In this document: positions 52,547-63,071 of the stretch, piece by piece | How positions within the stretch are numbered: position 1 is the stretch's first letter | How the letters are laid out: each line of letters starts with the position of its first letter | From: an uncultured Clostridia bacterium | GTDB taxonomy: Bacteria > Bacillota > Clostridia > Christensenellales > Borkfalkiaceae | Assembly: GCA_947629535.1 (NCBI GenBank) | Contig: CANREC010000002.1 | Location: 265 to 64,264, forward strand | Direction of reading: 5' to 3' | Length of the DNA stretch: 64,000 nt | Notes under the pieces: model-generated | Told to the model about the DNA's origin: nothing | Seen by the model: only the letters and a program-made list of their open reading frames with translations | Database searches by the model: none | Program-made: the position numbers and the translations under genes

Positions 52547-53666
52547 AGACCACAAGAAGGGGAGGGGTGACCTCCTCTTTCTGTTCGCCGTCATTTTGCT
52601 CGCCGCATTGGGGCTCGTCTTTGTCTATTCGGCGAGCTCCTACAATGCCGAGGTGCAGTACGGGGATAAATTTTTCTTCTTCAGAAAACAGCTCATCGGC
52701 TTTCTCTTGGGGCTGATAGCCATGACAGCCGTTTCTTTTTTGCCCTATGAAAAACTCAAAAGATGGGGGTTGCCCGCGCTCATTCTCTCCCTCGTTCTTT
52801 TGGCGCTCGTCTTTATCCCGGGGCTCGGGAAGAGCAATTACGGCGCGACGCGGTGGATCGGGTTCGGCTCCTTCACGATCCAGCCCTCGGAGATCGCCAA
52901 GTACGGATTCGTGATGTTTACGGCATCCTATTTTGCAAAGGATCCCGGGCGGATGCGGAAATTTTCGGGTATCTTGCCCGTTTTGCTTGCGGGGCTTACG
53001 ATCTGCGTCCTCATCATGCTCGAGCCGAACATGTCCGTCACGATGTGTGTGGGGGCGATCATGATAGGAATGATCTTCTTGAGCGGAGCAAGTTTCAAGA
53101 CCATCTTTGCGATCTGCGTCCCCGTTCTTCTCGCCGTGCCTGCCCTCATCATCGCCGAACCCTATCGGCTGAGACGGCTTTCGGCCTATCTCGACCCTTG
53201 GGCGTCCCCGCGCGGAGAGGGGTATCAGCTCATCCAGTCCCTCTATGCGCTCGGAAACGGGGAACTTTTCGGCGTGGGGCTCTTTCATTCGCGGCAAAAA
53301 TATCGGTTTCTGCCCTTTGCGGAGAGCGATTTTATCCTCTCCGTCATTGCCGAGGAAACAGGATTTTTCGGCGTGCTCTTTCTCTTTCTTCTCATCGGTT
53401 TCGTCGTATGGCGGGGATTCAGGATCGCAAGGAACTGTCGGGACTTTTACGGCTACATGCTCGTCTCGGGCATCACGCTTGCCTTTGCCGTTCAGTCTGC
53501 GCTCAACGCCCTCGTCGTGAGCGGGACCATTCCGCCCACGGGCCTCCCCTTGCCGCTCATCTCGGCGGGAAACACTTCCCTCATCGTCACGATGGCGGGA
53601 ATGGGCGTCGTCTACGGCGCCTCAAGGCACACGGAAAAGACATCTTCTCATAAAATATACAGATAA
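52530..53666 (+). CDS. ftsW: SEDS-family peptidoglycan polymerase FtsW/SpoVE
   Basis: ATG at 52530 with SD GGAGG. Motifs PSEIAKY and AESDFI..., multi-TM. Confidence 0.9.
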   Translation: MERTSKDHKKGRGDLLFLFAVILLAALGLVFVYSASSYNAEVQYGDKFFFFRKQLIGFLLGLIAMTAVSFLPYEKLKRWGLPALILSLVLLALVFIPGLGKSNYGATRWIGFGSFTIQPSEIAKYGFVMFTASYFAKDPGRMRKFSGILPVLLAGLTICVLIMLEPNMSVTMCVGAIMIGMIFLSGASFKTIFAICVPVLLAVPALIIAEPYRLRRLSAYLDPWASPRGEGYQLIQSLYALGNGELFGVGLFHSRQKYRFLPFAESDFILSVIAEETGFFGVLFLFLLIGFVVWRGFRIARNCRDFYGYMLVSGITLAFAVQSALNALVVSGTIPPTGLPLPLISAGNTSLIVTMAGMGVVYGASRHTEKTSSHKIYR

Positions 53667-53729
53667 AGCGCGGAGCCTTGCCATCGAAGGCTTTTCTCTG
53701 CGTTTTCAGAAATACATGAGGAGATAACC

Positions 53730-54986
53730 ATGGATAAATATATCATAGACGGGGGACGGCGGCTGTTCGGCAATGTGAAAGTGCAGTCGGCAAAAAATTC
53801 CGTCCTGCCGCTCTTTGCGGCGTCTGTGTTGACCGATAAACAGGTGACGATCCGCGAAACGCCTGCGATCGCCGACGTGTTCTGTATGGCGCAGATCTTG
53901 CGGGAGCTCGGCGCAGAGGTTTCATTTCGGGGCGGGGACGTCGTTATCGACAGTTCCGACGCCCACAGCCATATCATTTCTTCCGTCCTTACCAAAGAAC
54001 TCCGATCTTCCGTATTCATGCTCGGATCCCTGCTTTCCCGATTCGGACGCGCCGTCATCGCCTACCCCGGGGGCTGCGACATCGGGCTCCGTCCCATAGA
54101 TCTGCATCTGAACGCGCTGAAACGTCTCGGCGTGAAGATCTCCGAGCGGGACGGCTACATATATTGCGAATGCGAAAAACCGACGGGGGCGGAGATCGTG
54201 CTCGACTTTCCGAGCGTCGGCGCCACGGAAAATATCATGCTCGCGGGGGTGAAGGCGGAGGGGCGGACAGTCCTGCAGGGCGCCGCCAAGGAGCCCGAGA
54301 TCGTCGACCTGCAAAATTTTCTGAACGGCATGGGGGCGAAAGTTTTCGGCGCGGGCACGGACGTCATCGAGATCGAGGGGGTCTCTTCGCTCGGCGGAAC
54401 GATCTACACGCCCGTGAAGGACCGCATCGAGGCGGGGACTTTCCTCATCGCATGCGCCCTCTGCGGCGGGGAAGTGGAGATCGAGGGGGTCACGGCCGAG
54501 AATTTGGGAATGCTGTTGCATAAATTGCGTGAAAACGGTTGCAAAATACATACAAAAAATGATAAAATAAGATTGTCGAGTTACGGAAGGCTCAAATGCA
54601 ACCGCCGCATCGAGACCATGCCTTTCCCCGGGTTTCCCACCGACCTGCAGGCGCAGATCACCGCGCTCAATACCGTATGCGAGGGCGGGGCGCTCATCGT
54701 CGAAAATCTCTTCGAGACGCGTTTCAAGTACGTCCCAGAACTTCAGAGGATGGGGGCGGATATCGAAGTCAGGGGGCGCAACGCATTCGTCCGCGGCGTA
54801 AACGGCCTGCATGGCGCTACCGTCACGGCGGGGGACCTCCGCGGCGGCGCGGCGCTCGTCATCGCGGCGCTCGGGGCCGAGGGGATCTCCGAAGTTTTGG
54901 ACCTTTCCCACATCGACAGGGGGTATTCCGCTTTCGAGGATAAACTTCGTTCCCTCGGTGCGGAGATCAAACGGGTCCGTATCTGA
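53730..54986 (+). CDS. murA: UDP-N-acetylglucosamine 1-carboxyvinyltransferase
   Basis: 418 aa. Motifs SAKNSVLP and the active-site loop PGGCDIGLRPIDLH. Confidence 0.92.
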   Translation: MDKYIIDGGRRLFGNVKVQSAKNSVLPLFAASVLTDKQVTIRETPAIADVFCMAQILRELGAEVSFRGGDVVIDSSDAHSHIISSVLTKELRSSVFMLGSLLSRFGRAVIAYPGGCDIGLRPIDLHLNALKRLGVKISERDGYIYCECEKPTGAEIVLDFPSVGATENIMLAGVKAEGRTVLQGAAKEPEIVDLQNFLNGMGAKVFGAGTDVIEIEGVSSLGGTIYTPVKDRIEAGTFLIACALCGGEVEIEGVTAENLGMLLHKLRENGCKIHTKNDKIRLSSYGRLKCNRRIETMPFPGFPTDLQAQITALNTVCEGGALIVENLFETRFKYVPELQRMGADIEVRGRNAFVRGVNGLHGATVTAGDLRGGAALVIAALGAEGISEVLDLSHIDRGYSAFEDKLRSLGAEIKRVRI

Positions 54987-54990
54987 CCCG

Positions 54991-55779
54991 ATGGAGACAC
55001 CAATGAAGAAGCGAGTTCTCATAACGACCATAATTGCTTTTCTCCTGCTCTGTGCGGTCGTCGCAGCGGGGCTCAACGCCGTCTTTACCGTGACGTCCGT
55101 CAATGCGGAATTTTCTGTCGTGTCCGCAGAGGGGGAAAGGGAGGCCTCCGACCTCAAAAAGAAACTTGACGGGTTTATCGGGAAGAGCTCGACCTTCCTC
55201 GATGAGGAAGAGGTCATGTCGCTCATCGCCTCCTATCCCTGCATGAAGGCCGAGAAGGTCGAAAAGCATTATCCCTCCGCGCTCGAGGTCAAGGTCACGG
55301 AAAGGAAAGAGGCTTTTTCCGTTCAGACGGAAAACGGGTACGCCGTTTTATCGGACGACGGAACGTATCTATATAATAAAGATAGCTTAACGAACCGCAT
55401 GGGCGGGGAGAACATCCTTCTCGAGGCCTTTTCGCTCGAGTTTCATCAAGGGGAGAAGGTCAACAACGGCACATTTTCCGCCGTTCTTGCGCTCTACAAT
55501 GTCTTTGCAGAAGAATTGAATGAGCCGCGCGCAAACCTCGTTTCCATCACCTATCATCCCGGCCTCGTATTCGATACTTTCCTTCTTCAGATGCGGGAAG
55601 GTATCCGCATCGAGATCGTATCTCCTACCGAACTCACCGTCGGGAAAGCCCGCGCGGCTCTTCTCGACGAGCGGTACGGCTACCTTGCCAGAACGGACGG
55701 CGAAAAGCTCTCCGGCTGTATCACCGTCATTGCGTCAGGCGAGAGGATCGAGGTCGATTACGATATCACGCGGAATTGA
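54991..55779 (+). CDS. ftsQ: FtsQ/DivIB-like cell-division protein (POTRA)
   Basis: Single N-terminal TM (VLITTIIAFLLLCAVVAAGL), in the dcw position before ftsA. The start is at 54991 or 55003. Confidence 0.7.
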   Translation: METPMKKRVLITTIIAFLLLCAVVAAGLNAVFTVTSVNAEFSVVSAEGEREASDLKKKLDGFIGKSSTFLDEEEVMSLIASYPCMKAEKVEKHYPSALEVKVTERKEAFSVQTENGYAVLSDDGTYLYNKDSLTNRMGGENILLEAFSLEFHQGEKVNNGTFSAVLALYNVFAEELNEPRANLVSITYHPGLVFDTFLLQMREGIRIEIVSPTELTVGKARAALLDERYGYLARTDGEKLSGCITVIASGERIEVDYDITRN

Positions 55780-55795
55780 AAATCGGCAAGTTATA

Positions 55796-55819
55796 AGCGT
55801 CCTTAAGGGCGCTTTTTTT
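55796..55819 (+). terminator. Rho-independent terminator after ftsQ
   Basis: AGCGTCC, loop TTAA, GGGCGCT, then T7. Confidence 0.75.
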
Positions 55820-55850
55820 GTGATATGTGCCGAAAAAAACCATCAATTCC

Positions 55851-55879
55851 TTGACATATATCATGACATGTGTTATAAT
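55851..55879 (+). promoter_or_regulatory. Consensus sigmaA promoter of ftsAZ
   Basis: TTGACA, 17 nt, TGtTATAAT. It shares the 13-nt CATGTGTTATAAT with the mraZ promoter. Confidence 0.7.
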
Positions 55880-55917
55880 TGTAAAGTATAATCCAACTTC
55901 GGAAAAAAGGACGGAAC

Positions 55918-57060
55918 ATGAGTCGCAAAAGCGTAGCTGTCATGGACATTCGTTCCTCGAAGATCACCATCGTCGTGGGGGAGAGGAGCGTCAATAACAC
56001 CTTTGTGTTCAAGGCGATGAAATCTGCCGGATACGATGGATATCGGGACGGCGCTTTTTATAACGAAAAGCAGCTTTCCGATACGATCCTTTCCTGTTTG
56101 AGTGAGGTCGAAAAGGCATGCAGGGAGAAGATCCGCCGCCTCTATGTGGGCGTCCCCGGGGAATTCCTCACGGTCAACCTCTGCCAGCCCGTCATCGGCT
56201 TTCCCAAGCGCAAAAAAATCGTTCCCAAGGATATTGACGCCCTTTTTGAAAGCGGAAAGGAGCTCTATGAGGGAATGACTTTCCTGCGGGCGAGCAGTGC
56301 GATCTTTACGACGGCGGACAAGCGTGTCGTCATCGACCCGAACGGAATTTTGTCAACTTCACTTGAGGGTCTTGTGTCCTATTTCTATTGCACGGACCGT
56401 TTCAAGGAGACGTTGGAGACTATCTTTGCGGATACGGATATCCGTCTTGAATATCTTCCCTCCACGCTCGCGACGGCCTGTTATCTCATCCCGTCGGAAA
56501 AGAGGGACGAGTACGCTTTCCTGCTCGACGTCGGCGATTATTCCACGACGGTCATGCTCGTTCAGGGCAATGCGATCCTGAAACAGACGACTGCACCCGT
56601 CGGCCGTGCGCAGATCCTCGCCCAGCTCATAGGCACATTCTCTCTGCCGTATGACGCCGCCGCGGCACTTCTTCCCAAGGTCAATCTCTACACGCGCAGC
56701 AATGCGGGAACGTATGATTTCATGTTCAAAAACGAAACGTACGAGATCGACCTCGACGGGCTCGTTTCGGCCGTAAAGGACGGGCTCGACGCCGTCTGCG
56801 AGACGGTCGGCGAGTTCATGGAGAACATGCAGGGACGGGAGCTCGACTATAAACCGCTCTATGTGACAGGCGAAGGCATCTATGACATCCGCGGCGCACT
56901 TGAGCATGTGAGCAAGCGGGTGGACCGCGTCTGCGAGTATATCTCGCCCAATCTTCCTTACTACGATAAGCCGTCGATGAGCTCTCTTATTTCTCTTGTC
57001 GATATGGCATGCAACGATAATTCCCAAGGCGGATTTTTCAATCATCTATTCGGAGGCTGA
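55918..57060 (+). CDS. ftsA: Cell-division protein FtsA (actin-like ATPase), short form
   Basis: 380 aa, positioned directly upstream of ftsZ. N-terminal VAVMDIRSSKITIVVGE phosphate-1-like motif, and an amphipathic C-terminal tail GGFFNHLFGG. Confidence 0.8.
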   Translation: MSRKSVAVMDIRSSKITIVVGERSVNNTFVFKAMKSAGYDGYRDGAFYNEKQLSDTILSCLSEVEKACREKIRRLYVGVPGEFLTVNLCQPVIGFPKRKKIVPKDIDALFESGKELYEGMTFLRASSAIFTTADKRVVIDPNGILSTSLEGLVSYFYCTDRFKETLETIFADTDIRLEYLPSTLATACYLIPSEKRDEYAFLLDVGDYSTTVMLVQGNAILKQTTAPVGRAQILAQLIGTFSLPYDAAAALLPKVNLYTRSNAGTYDFMFKNETYEIDLDGLVSAVKDGLDAVCETVGEFMENMQGRELDYKPLYVTGEGIYDIRGALEHVSKRVDRVCEYISPNLPYYDKPSMSSLISLVDMACNDNSQGGFFNHLFGG

Positions 57061-57062
57061 TA

Positions 57063-58433
57063 ATGTTCACGGATCCCATTCACACCCAATATACATACGA
57101 AAAAGACGAAGTTTCGCGGAGCGAAGAGCCCGCTGCGACGCCCGCAAGGGCTGACGGCAGGGCCAAGATCAAGGTCATCGGCGTCGGCGGGGCGGGCAAT
57201 AATGCCGTCAACCGCATGATCGAGGCGGGTATCACGAGCGCGGAATATATTGCCGTCAATACGGACGCACAGATCCTCGCCTGCAGCAAAGCGACCACCC
57301 GCATCCAGATCGGCAAGAATCTCACGAAGGGTCTCGGCGCGGGCGCTGACCCCGAACAGGGCAGAGAGGCCGCCGAAGAGGATCGCGATGAACTCATCAA
57401 GGCCATCGAAGATACGGATCTGCTCTTCATTACGGCCGGGATGGGGGGCGGAACGGGCACAGGCGCCGCACCTGTCATCGCAAAACTTGCCCGCGACAGA
57501 AGGATCCTGACCGTGGCCGTCGTCACACAGCCCTTCTCCTTTGAGGGAAAGCACAGGATGGATAACGCGAAAAAGGGCATCGAGGAGCTCAAAAAGCACG
57601 TCGATACCATCGTCATTATCCCCAACGATAAGATCAGGGACATCGTTCCCAAGAATGCCTCGATCTCCGAGGCGCTCCGTGTTGCGGACGACGTCCTCAA
57701 GCAGGGCATCCGCGGCATTGCCGACATCATCGTCACGCCGTCCATCATCAATTTGGACTTCGCAGATGTCAAGACGATCCTGAAGGATAAGGGCCTCGCG
57801 CACATGGGCGTCGGCGTCGCGAAAGGGGAGAACCGTATCGTCACGGCCGTCCGTGTCGCCGTCAATTCGCCTCTTCTCGAGACGACCATTGAGGGAGCGA
57901 AGGCAGTCCTCATCAACATCACGGGCGGAAACGATCTTACGCTCGAGGAGACGCAGACGGCAGTCGGCCTCGTGCAGAGCGTCGTCGACTATTCGGCCAA
58001 CATCATTTTCGGCACCTGCATCGACGAGAACATGCAGGATGAAGTTCAGGTGACCGTCATTGCAACAGGATTCCAGACCAAAGAGGCGCAGGATGTGTTT
58101 GCCGAGGCGGCGCTCCGCCGTGACGAACCCATTCCCGACCCCGATTTTCTGCCGAAGGATCAAGAATTTGCCTCGGTAGCGCAGGAGCCCGCTGCACAGA
58201 GCGTCGGCCCCATGCCTCAGCCGCAACCGCCCGTATGGGGACCTTCTCCCGTACCCGCACCCGTCTCTGCGGTCCCGACAGCGCACGCTGCGCCCGTAGC
58301 GCCCGTGGCGCCTGCCGCACATGAGGAAACTGCTATGTCCGACGCGCAGGATGACGATTTGTCCGAAGAGCAGGAAGAGCACAGCAACATGCCGCAGTTC
58401 CTGCAATACCTTCTCGGCAAGAAAAAGAAGTAA
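57063..58433 (+). CDS. ftsZ: Cell-division GTPase FtsZ
   Basis: IKVIGVGGAGNNAVNRM and tubulin signature GGGTGTGAAP. Pro/Ala-rich linker, and a C-terminal peptide DDDLSEEQEEHSNMPQFLQ. Confidence 0.96.
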   Translation: MFTDPIHTQYTYEKDEVSRSEEPAATPARADGRAKIKVIGVGGAGNNAVNRMIEAGITSAEYIAVNTDAQILACSKATTRIQIGKNLTKGLGAGADPEQGREAAEEDRDELIKAIEDTDLLFITAGMGGGTGTGAAPVIAKLARDRRILTVAVVTQPFSFEGKHRMDNAKKGIEELKKHVDTIVIIPNDKIRDIVPKNASISEALRVADDVLKQGIRGIADIIVTPSIINLDFADVKTILKDKGLAHMGVGVAKGENRIVTAVRVAVNSPLLETTIEGAKAVLINITGGNDLTLEETQTAVGLVQSVVDYSANIIFGTCIDENMQDEVQVTVIATGFQTKEAQDVFAEAALRRDEPIPDPDFLPKDQEFASVAQEPAAQSVGPMPQPQPPVWGPSPVPAPVSAVPTAHAAPVAPVAPAAHEETAMSDAQDDDLSEEQEEHSNMPQFLQYLLGKKKK

Positions 58434-58450
58434 GAACGCATCAAAAAAAT

Positions 58451-58478
58451 GATCCGCCAGATTCGGCGGATCTTTTTT
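58451..58478 (+). terminator. Rho-independent terminator of ftsZ
   Basis: GATCCGCC, loop AGATTC, GGCGGATC, then T6. Confidence 0.85.
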
Positions 58479-58505
58479 ATAAAAGAGCGGGGTGACCCCC
58501 GCTCT
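58479..58505 (-). terminator. Rho-independent terminator of groEL
   Basis: AGAGCGGGG, loop TGAC, CCCCGCTCT, with a U-run on the minus strand. Confidence 0.8.
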
Positions 58506-58512
58506 TTATCGA

Positions 58513-60463
<1,951 letters not shown>

Positions 60464-60515
60464 TGATAACCTCCTCATGTGCCCGCTGACAGCGGGAACT
60501 TTCTTTTCTTCCTAT

Positions 60516-60543
60516 ATTATAAACTTCTATCATACAAAGTCAA
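60516..60543 (-). promoter_or_regulatory. sigmaA-type promoter of groESL (no CIRCE seen)
   Basis: On the minus strand: TTGACT, 16 nt, TATAAT. A GC hairpin (60482-60496) lies in the short 5' UTR. Confidence 0.55.
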
Positions 60544-60593
60544 ACAGGAATGGAAAAAATTTCCGCGATTTTTTGGTAAAAAAAGGCGAACGA

Positions 60594-60622
60594 TTGACAT
60601 GGACGCTTTTCAATGGTATAAT
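60594..60622 (+). promoter_or_regulatory. Promoter of the dCMP deaminase gene, predicted leaderless
   Basis: TTGACA, 17 nt, TGgTATAAT. The ATG at 60629 is 6 nt after the -10, with no SD. Confidence 0.6.
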
Positions 60623-60628
60623 GAAAGC

Positions 60629-61075
60629 ATGGATAAGTGGGATAAGAGATTCATGAAACTTACGGAGGAAGTCGGCACTTGGGCGAGCTGTTTCCGCCGC
60701 AAAGTGGGCGCCGTCATCGTGCGTGACAACCGCGTCATGGCGACGGGCTATAACGGCGCTCCCGCAGGCATCCGTTCCTGCATCGAACGGGGAGAATGTC
60801 TCCGCGAAAAGATGAATATCGAGAGCGGGACGCGGGCCGAACTTTGCTTTGCCGCGCATGCCGAGCAGAATGCGCTCATTCAGGCCGCGCGCTACGGCAT
60901 CAACATCGACGGATCCACGCTCTATTGTACGCACCAACCCTGCGTCATCTGCGCAAAGATGATCATCAATGCGGGGATCAAACGGGTCGTCTACAAAGAG
61001 GGGTATCCCGATGAATTTTCCATGCAGCTTTTCGAAGAGGCGGGAACGGACATCGAAAAATTAGAGGAGCAATAA
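60629..61075 (+). CDS. comEB: dCMP deaminase (ComEB family)
   Basis: Zinc motifs HAEQNAL and PCVICAKMI. 148 aa from the ATG at 60629. Confidence 0.85.
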   Translation: MDKWDKRFMKLTEEVGTWASCFRRKVGAVIVRDNRVMATGYNGAPAGIRSCIERGECLREKMNIESGTRAELCFAAHAEQNALIQAARYGINIDGSTLYCTHQPCVICAKMIINAGIKRVVYKEGYPDEFSMQLFEEAGTDIEKLEEQ

Positions 61076-61082
61076 ATTCGCA

Positions 61083-61604
61083 ATGGCAAAAGACCCGATC
61101 ATCACATTTGAAATGGCAGACGGAAAGAGCTTCAAGGCGGAGCTCTATCCCGGGATCGCGCCGAATACGGTCAACAATTTCCTTTCTCTCGTGCAGAAGG
61201 GATTCTATAACGGGATCATCTTCCACCGCGTCATCGAGGGATTCATGATCCAGGGGGGAGACCCTCTTGGCCTCGGCACGGGCGGCCCCGGTTATCACAT
61301 CAAGGGGGAATTCCGTGCCAACGGATTCAAAAATCCCCTTAAACACGAAAGGGGCGTCCTCTCCATGGCGAGAACGCGTGATTTTGATTCCGCGGGCTCC
61401 CAATTCTTCATCATGCATGCAGACGCCGACTATCTCGACGGGCAGTATGCGGCTTTCGGCAGAATTATAGAGGGGATGGACGTCGTGGACGGGATCGCCT
61501 CGGTACGCGTGGACCCCAACGACAGGCCCTATATTGAACAAAAAATGCAAAAAGTGACTGCGGAGACCTTCGGTGCAGCATATCCCGATCCCGTAAAAGT
61601 CTAG
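61083..61604 (+). CDS. ppiB: Peptidyl-prolyl cis-trans isomerase (cyclophilin type)
   Basis: FHRVIEGFMIQGGDP, SMAR and GSQFFI motifs. Confidence 0.92.
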   Translation: MAKDPIITFEMADGKSFKAELYPGIAPNTVNNFLSLVQKGFYNGIIFHRVIEGFMIQGGDPLGLGTGGPGYHIKGEFRANGFKNPLKHERGVLSMARTRDFDSAGSQFFIMHADADYLDGQYAAFGRIIEGMDVVDGIASVRVDPNDRPYIEQKMQKVTAETFGAAYPDPVKV

Positions 61605-61625
61605 ATCCAATCGGAGCAACGTTCC

Positions 61626-63062
61626 ATGTCAGACAGAACTTTGTATGAAAACCCATTAAGCACGCGATACGCGGGGAAAGAGATGCAGGAGAACTTTGGG
61701 GACCGCAAACGGATCGGCCTCTGGAGAAAGCTCTGGATCGCCCTCGCGGAGAGCGAGATGGAACTCGGCCTTCCCATCACACAGGCACAGGTCGACGCAC
61801 TCAAGGTCCATGCGGACGACATCGATTTTGAAAGTGCCGACAGGTACGAGCATCAGATCCGCCATGACGTCATGGCGCATGTCAAAGCATACGGCGACGT
61901 TGCGCCCGAGGCGAAGGGCATCATCCATCTCGGTGCGACGAGCTGTTTCGTCGACTGCAATTCCGAACTCATCGTTCTGCGGGACGGCCTTAACATCATA
62001 TTGCAGAAGCTCGTCTGCGTCATGGACAAACTCAAAACCTTTGCGCTAAAGTATAAAGACGTCGCGACGCTCGGATTCACCCATCTGCAGCCAGCACAGC
62101 TGACGACGGTGGGCAAGAGAGCGACGCTGTGGCTGCAGGATCTCATGCTCGACTATGAAAACCTGACAGCGCTGCTCTCTCGGTTCCGTCTCCGCGGCGT
62201 AAAGGGGACAACGGGCACGCAGGCGAGCTTTTTGGACCTCTTCGACGGGGATGAAGGCAAGGTCAAGGAACTTGAAAAAAGGGTCTGCGCCAAGCTCGGA
62301 TATGACCGCGTCTATGGCGTGACGGGGCAGACCTATCCGCGGAAGTTCGATTATAATGTACTCTGCGTACTCAGCCAGATCGCCCAGAGCGCCTATAAAT
62401 TCAGCAACGACATCCGCTTACTGCAGAGCATGAAGGAGATCGAGGAACCCTTCGAGAGCGCTCAGATCGGCTCATCGGCCATGGCCTACAAGCGGAATCC
62501 CATGCGCTGCGAACGGATGGGGAGCCTCTGCCGCTATGCTATCTCCCTGCCCATGAACAGCGCGATCACGGCCTCGACACAGTGGTTCGAACGCACGCTC
62601 GACGATTCCGCCAACCGCCGTATCGTCAACGCGCAAGCCTTTCTGACGGTCGACGCCGTGCTCAATCTCTATCTGAACGTCGCGGAAAATCTCGTTGTCA
62701 ATGAAAAAGTCATCGAAAAGCACGTCAATGCCGAGCTGCCGTTCATGGCGACGGAAAATATCCTCATGGAATGCGTCAAGGCAGGCGGAGACAGACAGCA
62801 GCTCCATGAACGCATCCGCGTTCTTTCCCGGGAGGCGGGCGCGAGGGTAAAAGGGGAGGGGGCAGAAAACGATCTCCTTACGAGGATCGCCTCCGATCCG
62901 CTCTTTTCCGCGGTCAAAGACAGGCTGAACGAGATCGTTGACGCCAAAAAGTTCGTCGGAAGAGCTCCTCGCCAGACGGAGGAGTTCATCGGAACGGAAA
63001 TACAGCCCATTCTCGATGCAAATAAAGATCTTCTCGGCATGAAGGGAAATGTCGATATCTGA
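61626..63062 (+). CDS. purB: Adenylosuccinate lyase
   Basis: 478 aa. Fumarate-lyase signature SSAMAYKRNP, and an N-terminal LSTRYAGKEM pattern. Confidence 0.92.
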   Translation: MSDRTLYENPLSTRYAGKEMQENFGDRKRIGLWRKLWIALAESEMELGLPITQAQVDALKVHADDIDFESADRYEHQIRHDVMAHVKAYGDVAPEAKGIIHLGATSCFVDCNSELIVLRDGLNIILQKLVCVMDKLKTFALKYKDVATLGFTHLQPAQLTTVGKRATLWLQDLMLDYENLTALLSRFRLRGVKGTTGTQASFLDLFDGDEGKVKELEKRVCAKLGYDRVYGVTGQTYPRKFDYNVLCVLSQIAQSAYKFSNDIRLLQSMKEIEEPFESAQIGSSAMAYKRNPMRCERMGSLCRYAISLPMNSAITASTQWFERTLDDSANRRIVNAQAFLTVDAVLNLYLNVAENLVVNEKVIEKHVNAELPFMATENILMECVKAGGDRQQLHERIRVLSREAGARVKGEGAENDLLTRIASDPLFSAVKDRLNEIVDAKKFVGRAPRQTEEFIGTEIQPILDANKDLLGMKGNVDI

Positions 63063-63071
63063 GGTGAAAAA

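Noticed and set aside
60464-60600. CIRCE or CtsR operator upstream of groES
   Set aside because: No TTAGCACTC/GAGTGCTAA arms were found. A single AGTCAAA heptad overlaps the -35, but there is no tandem partner.
61626-61635. Possible fifth palindrome copy (ATGTCAGACA) at the purB start codon
   Set aside because: Only the 10-nt core matches. The flanks are not dyad-symmetric and lack the GTAYT arms. A 10-mer match on either strand of 64 kb is plausible by chance.
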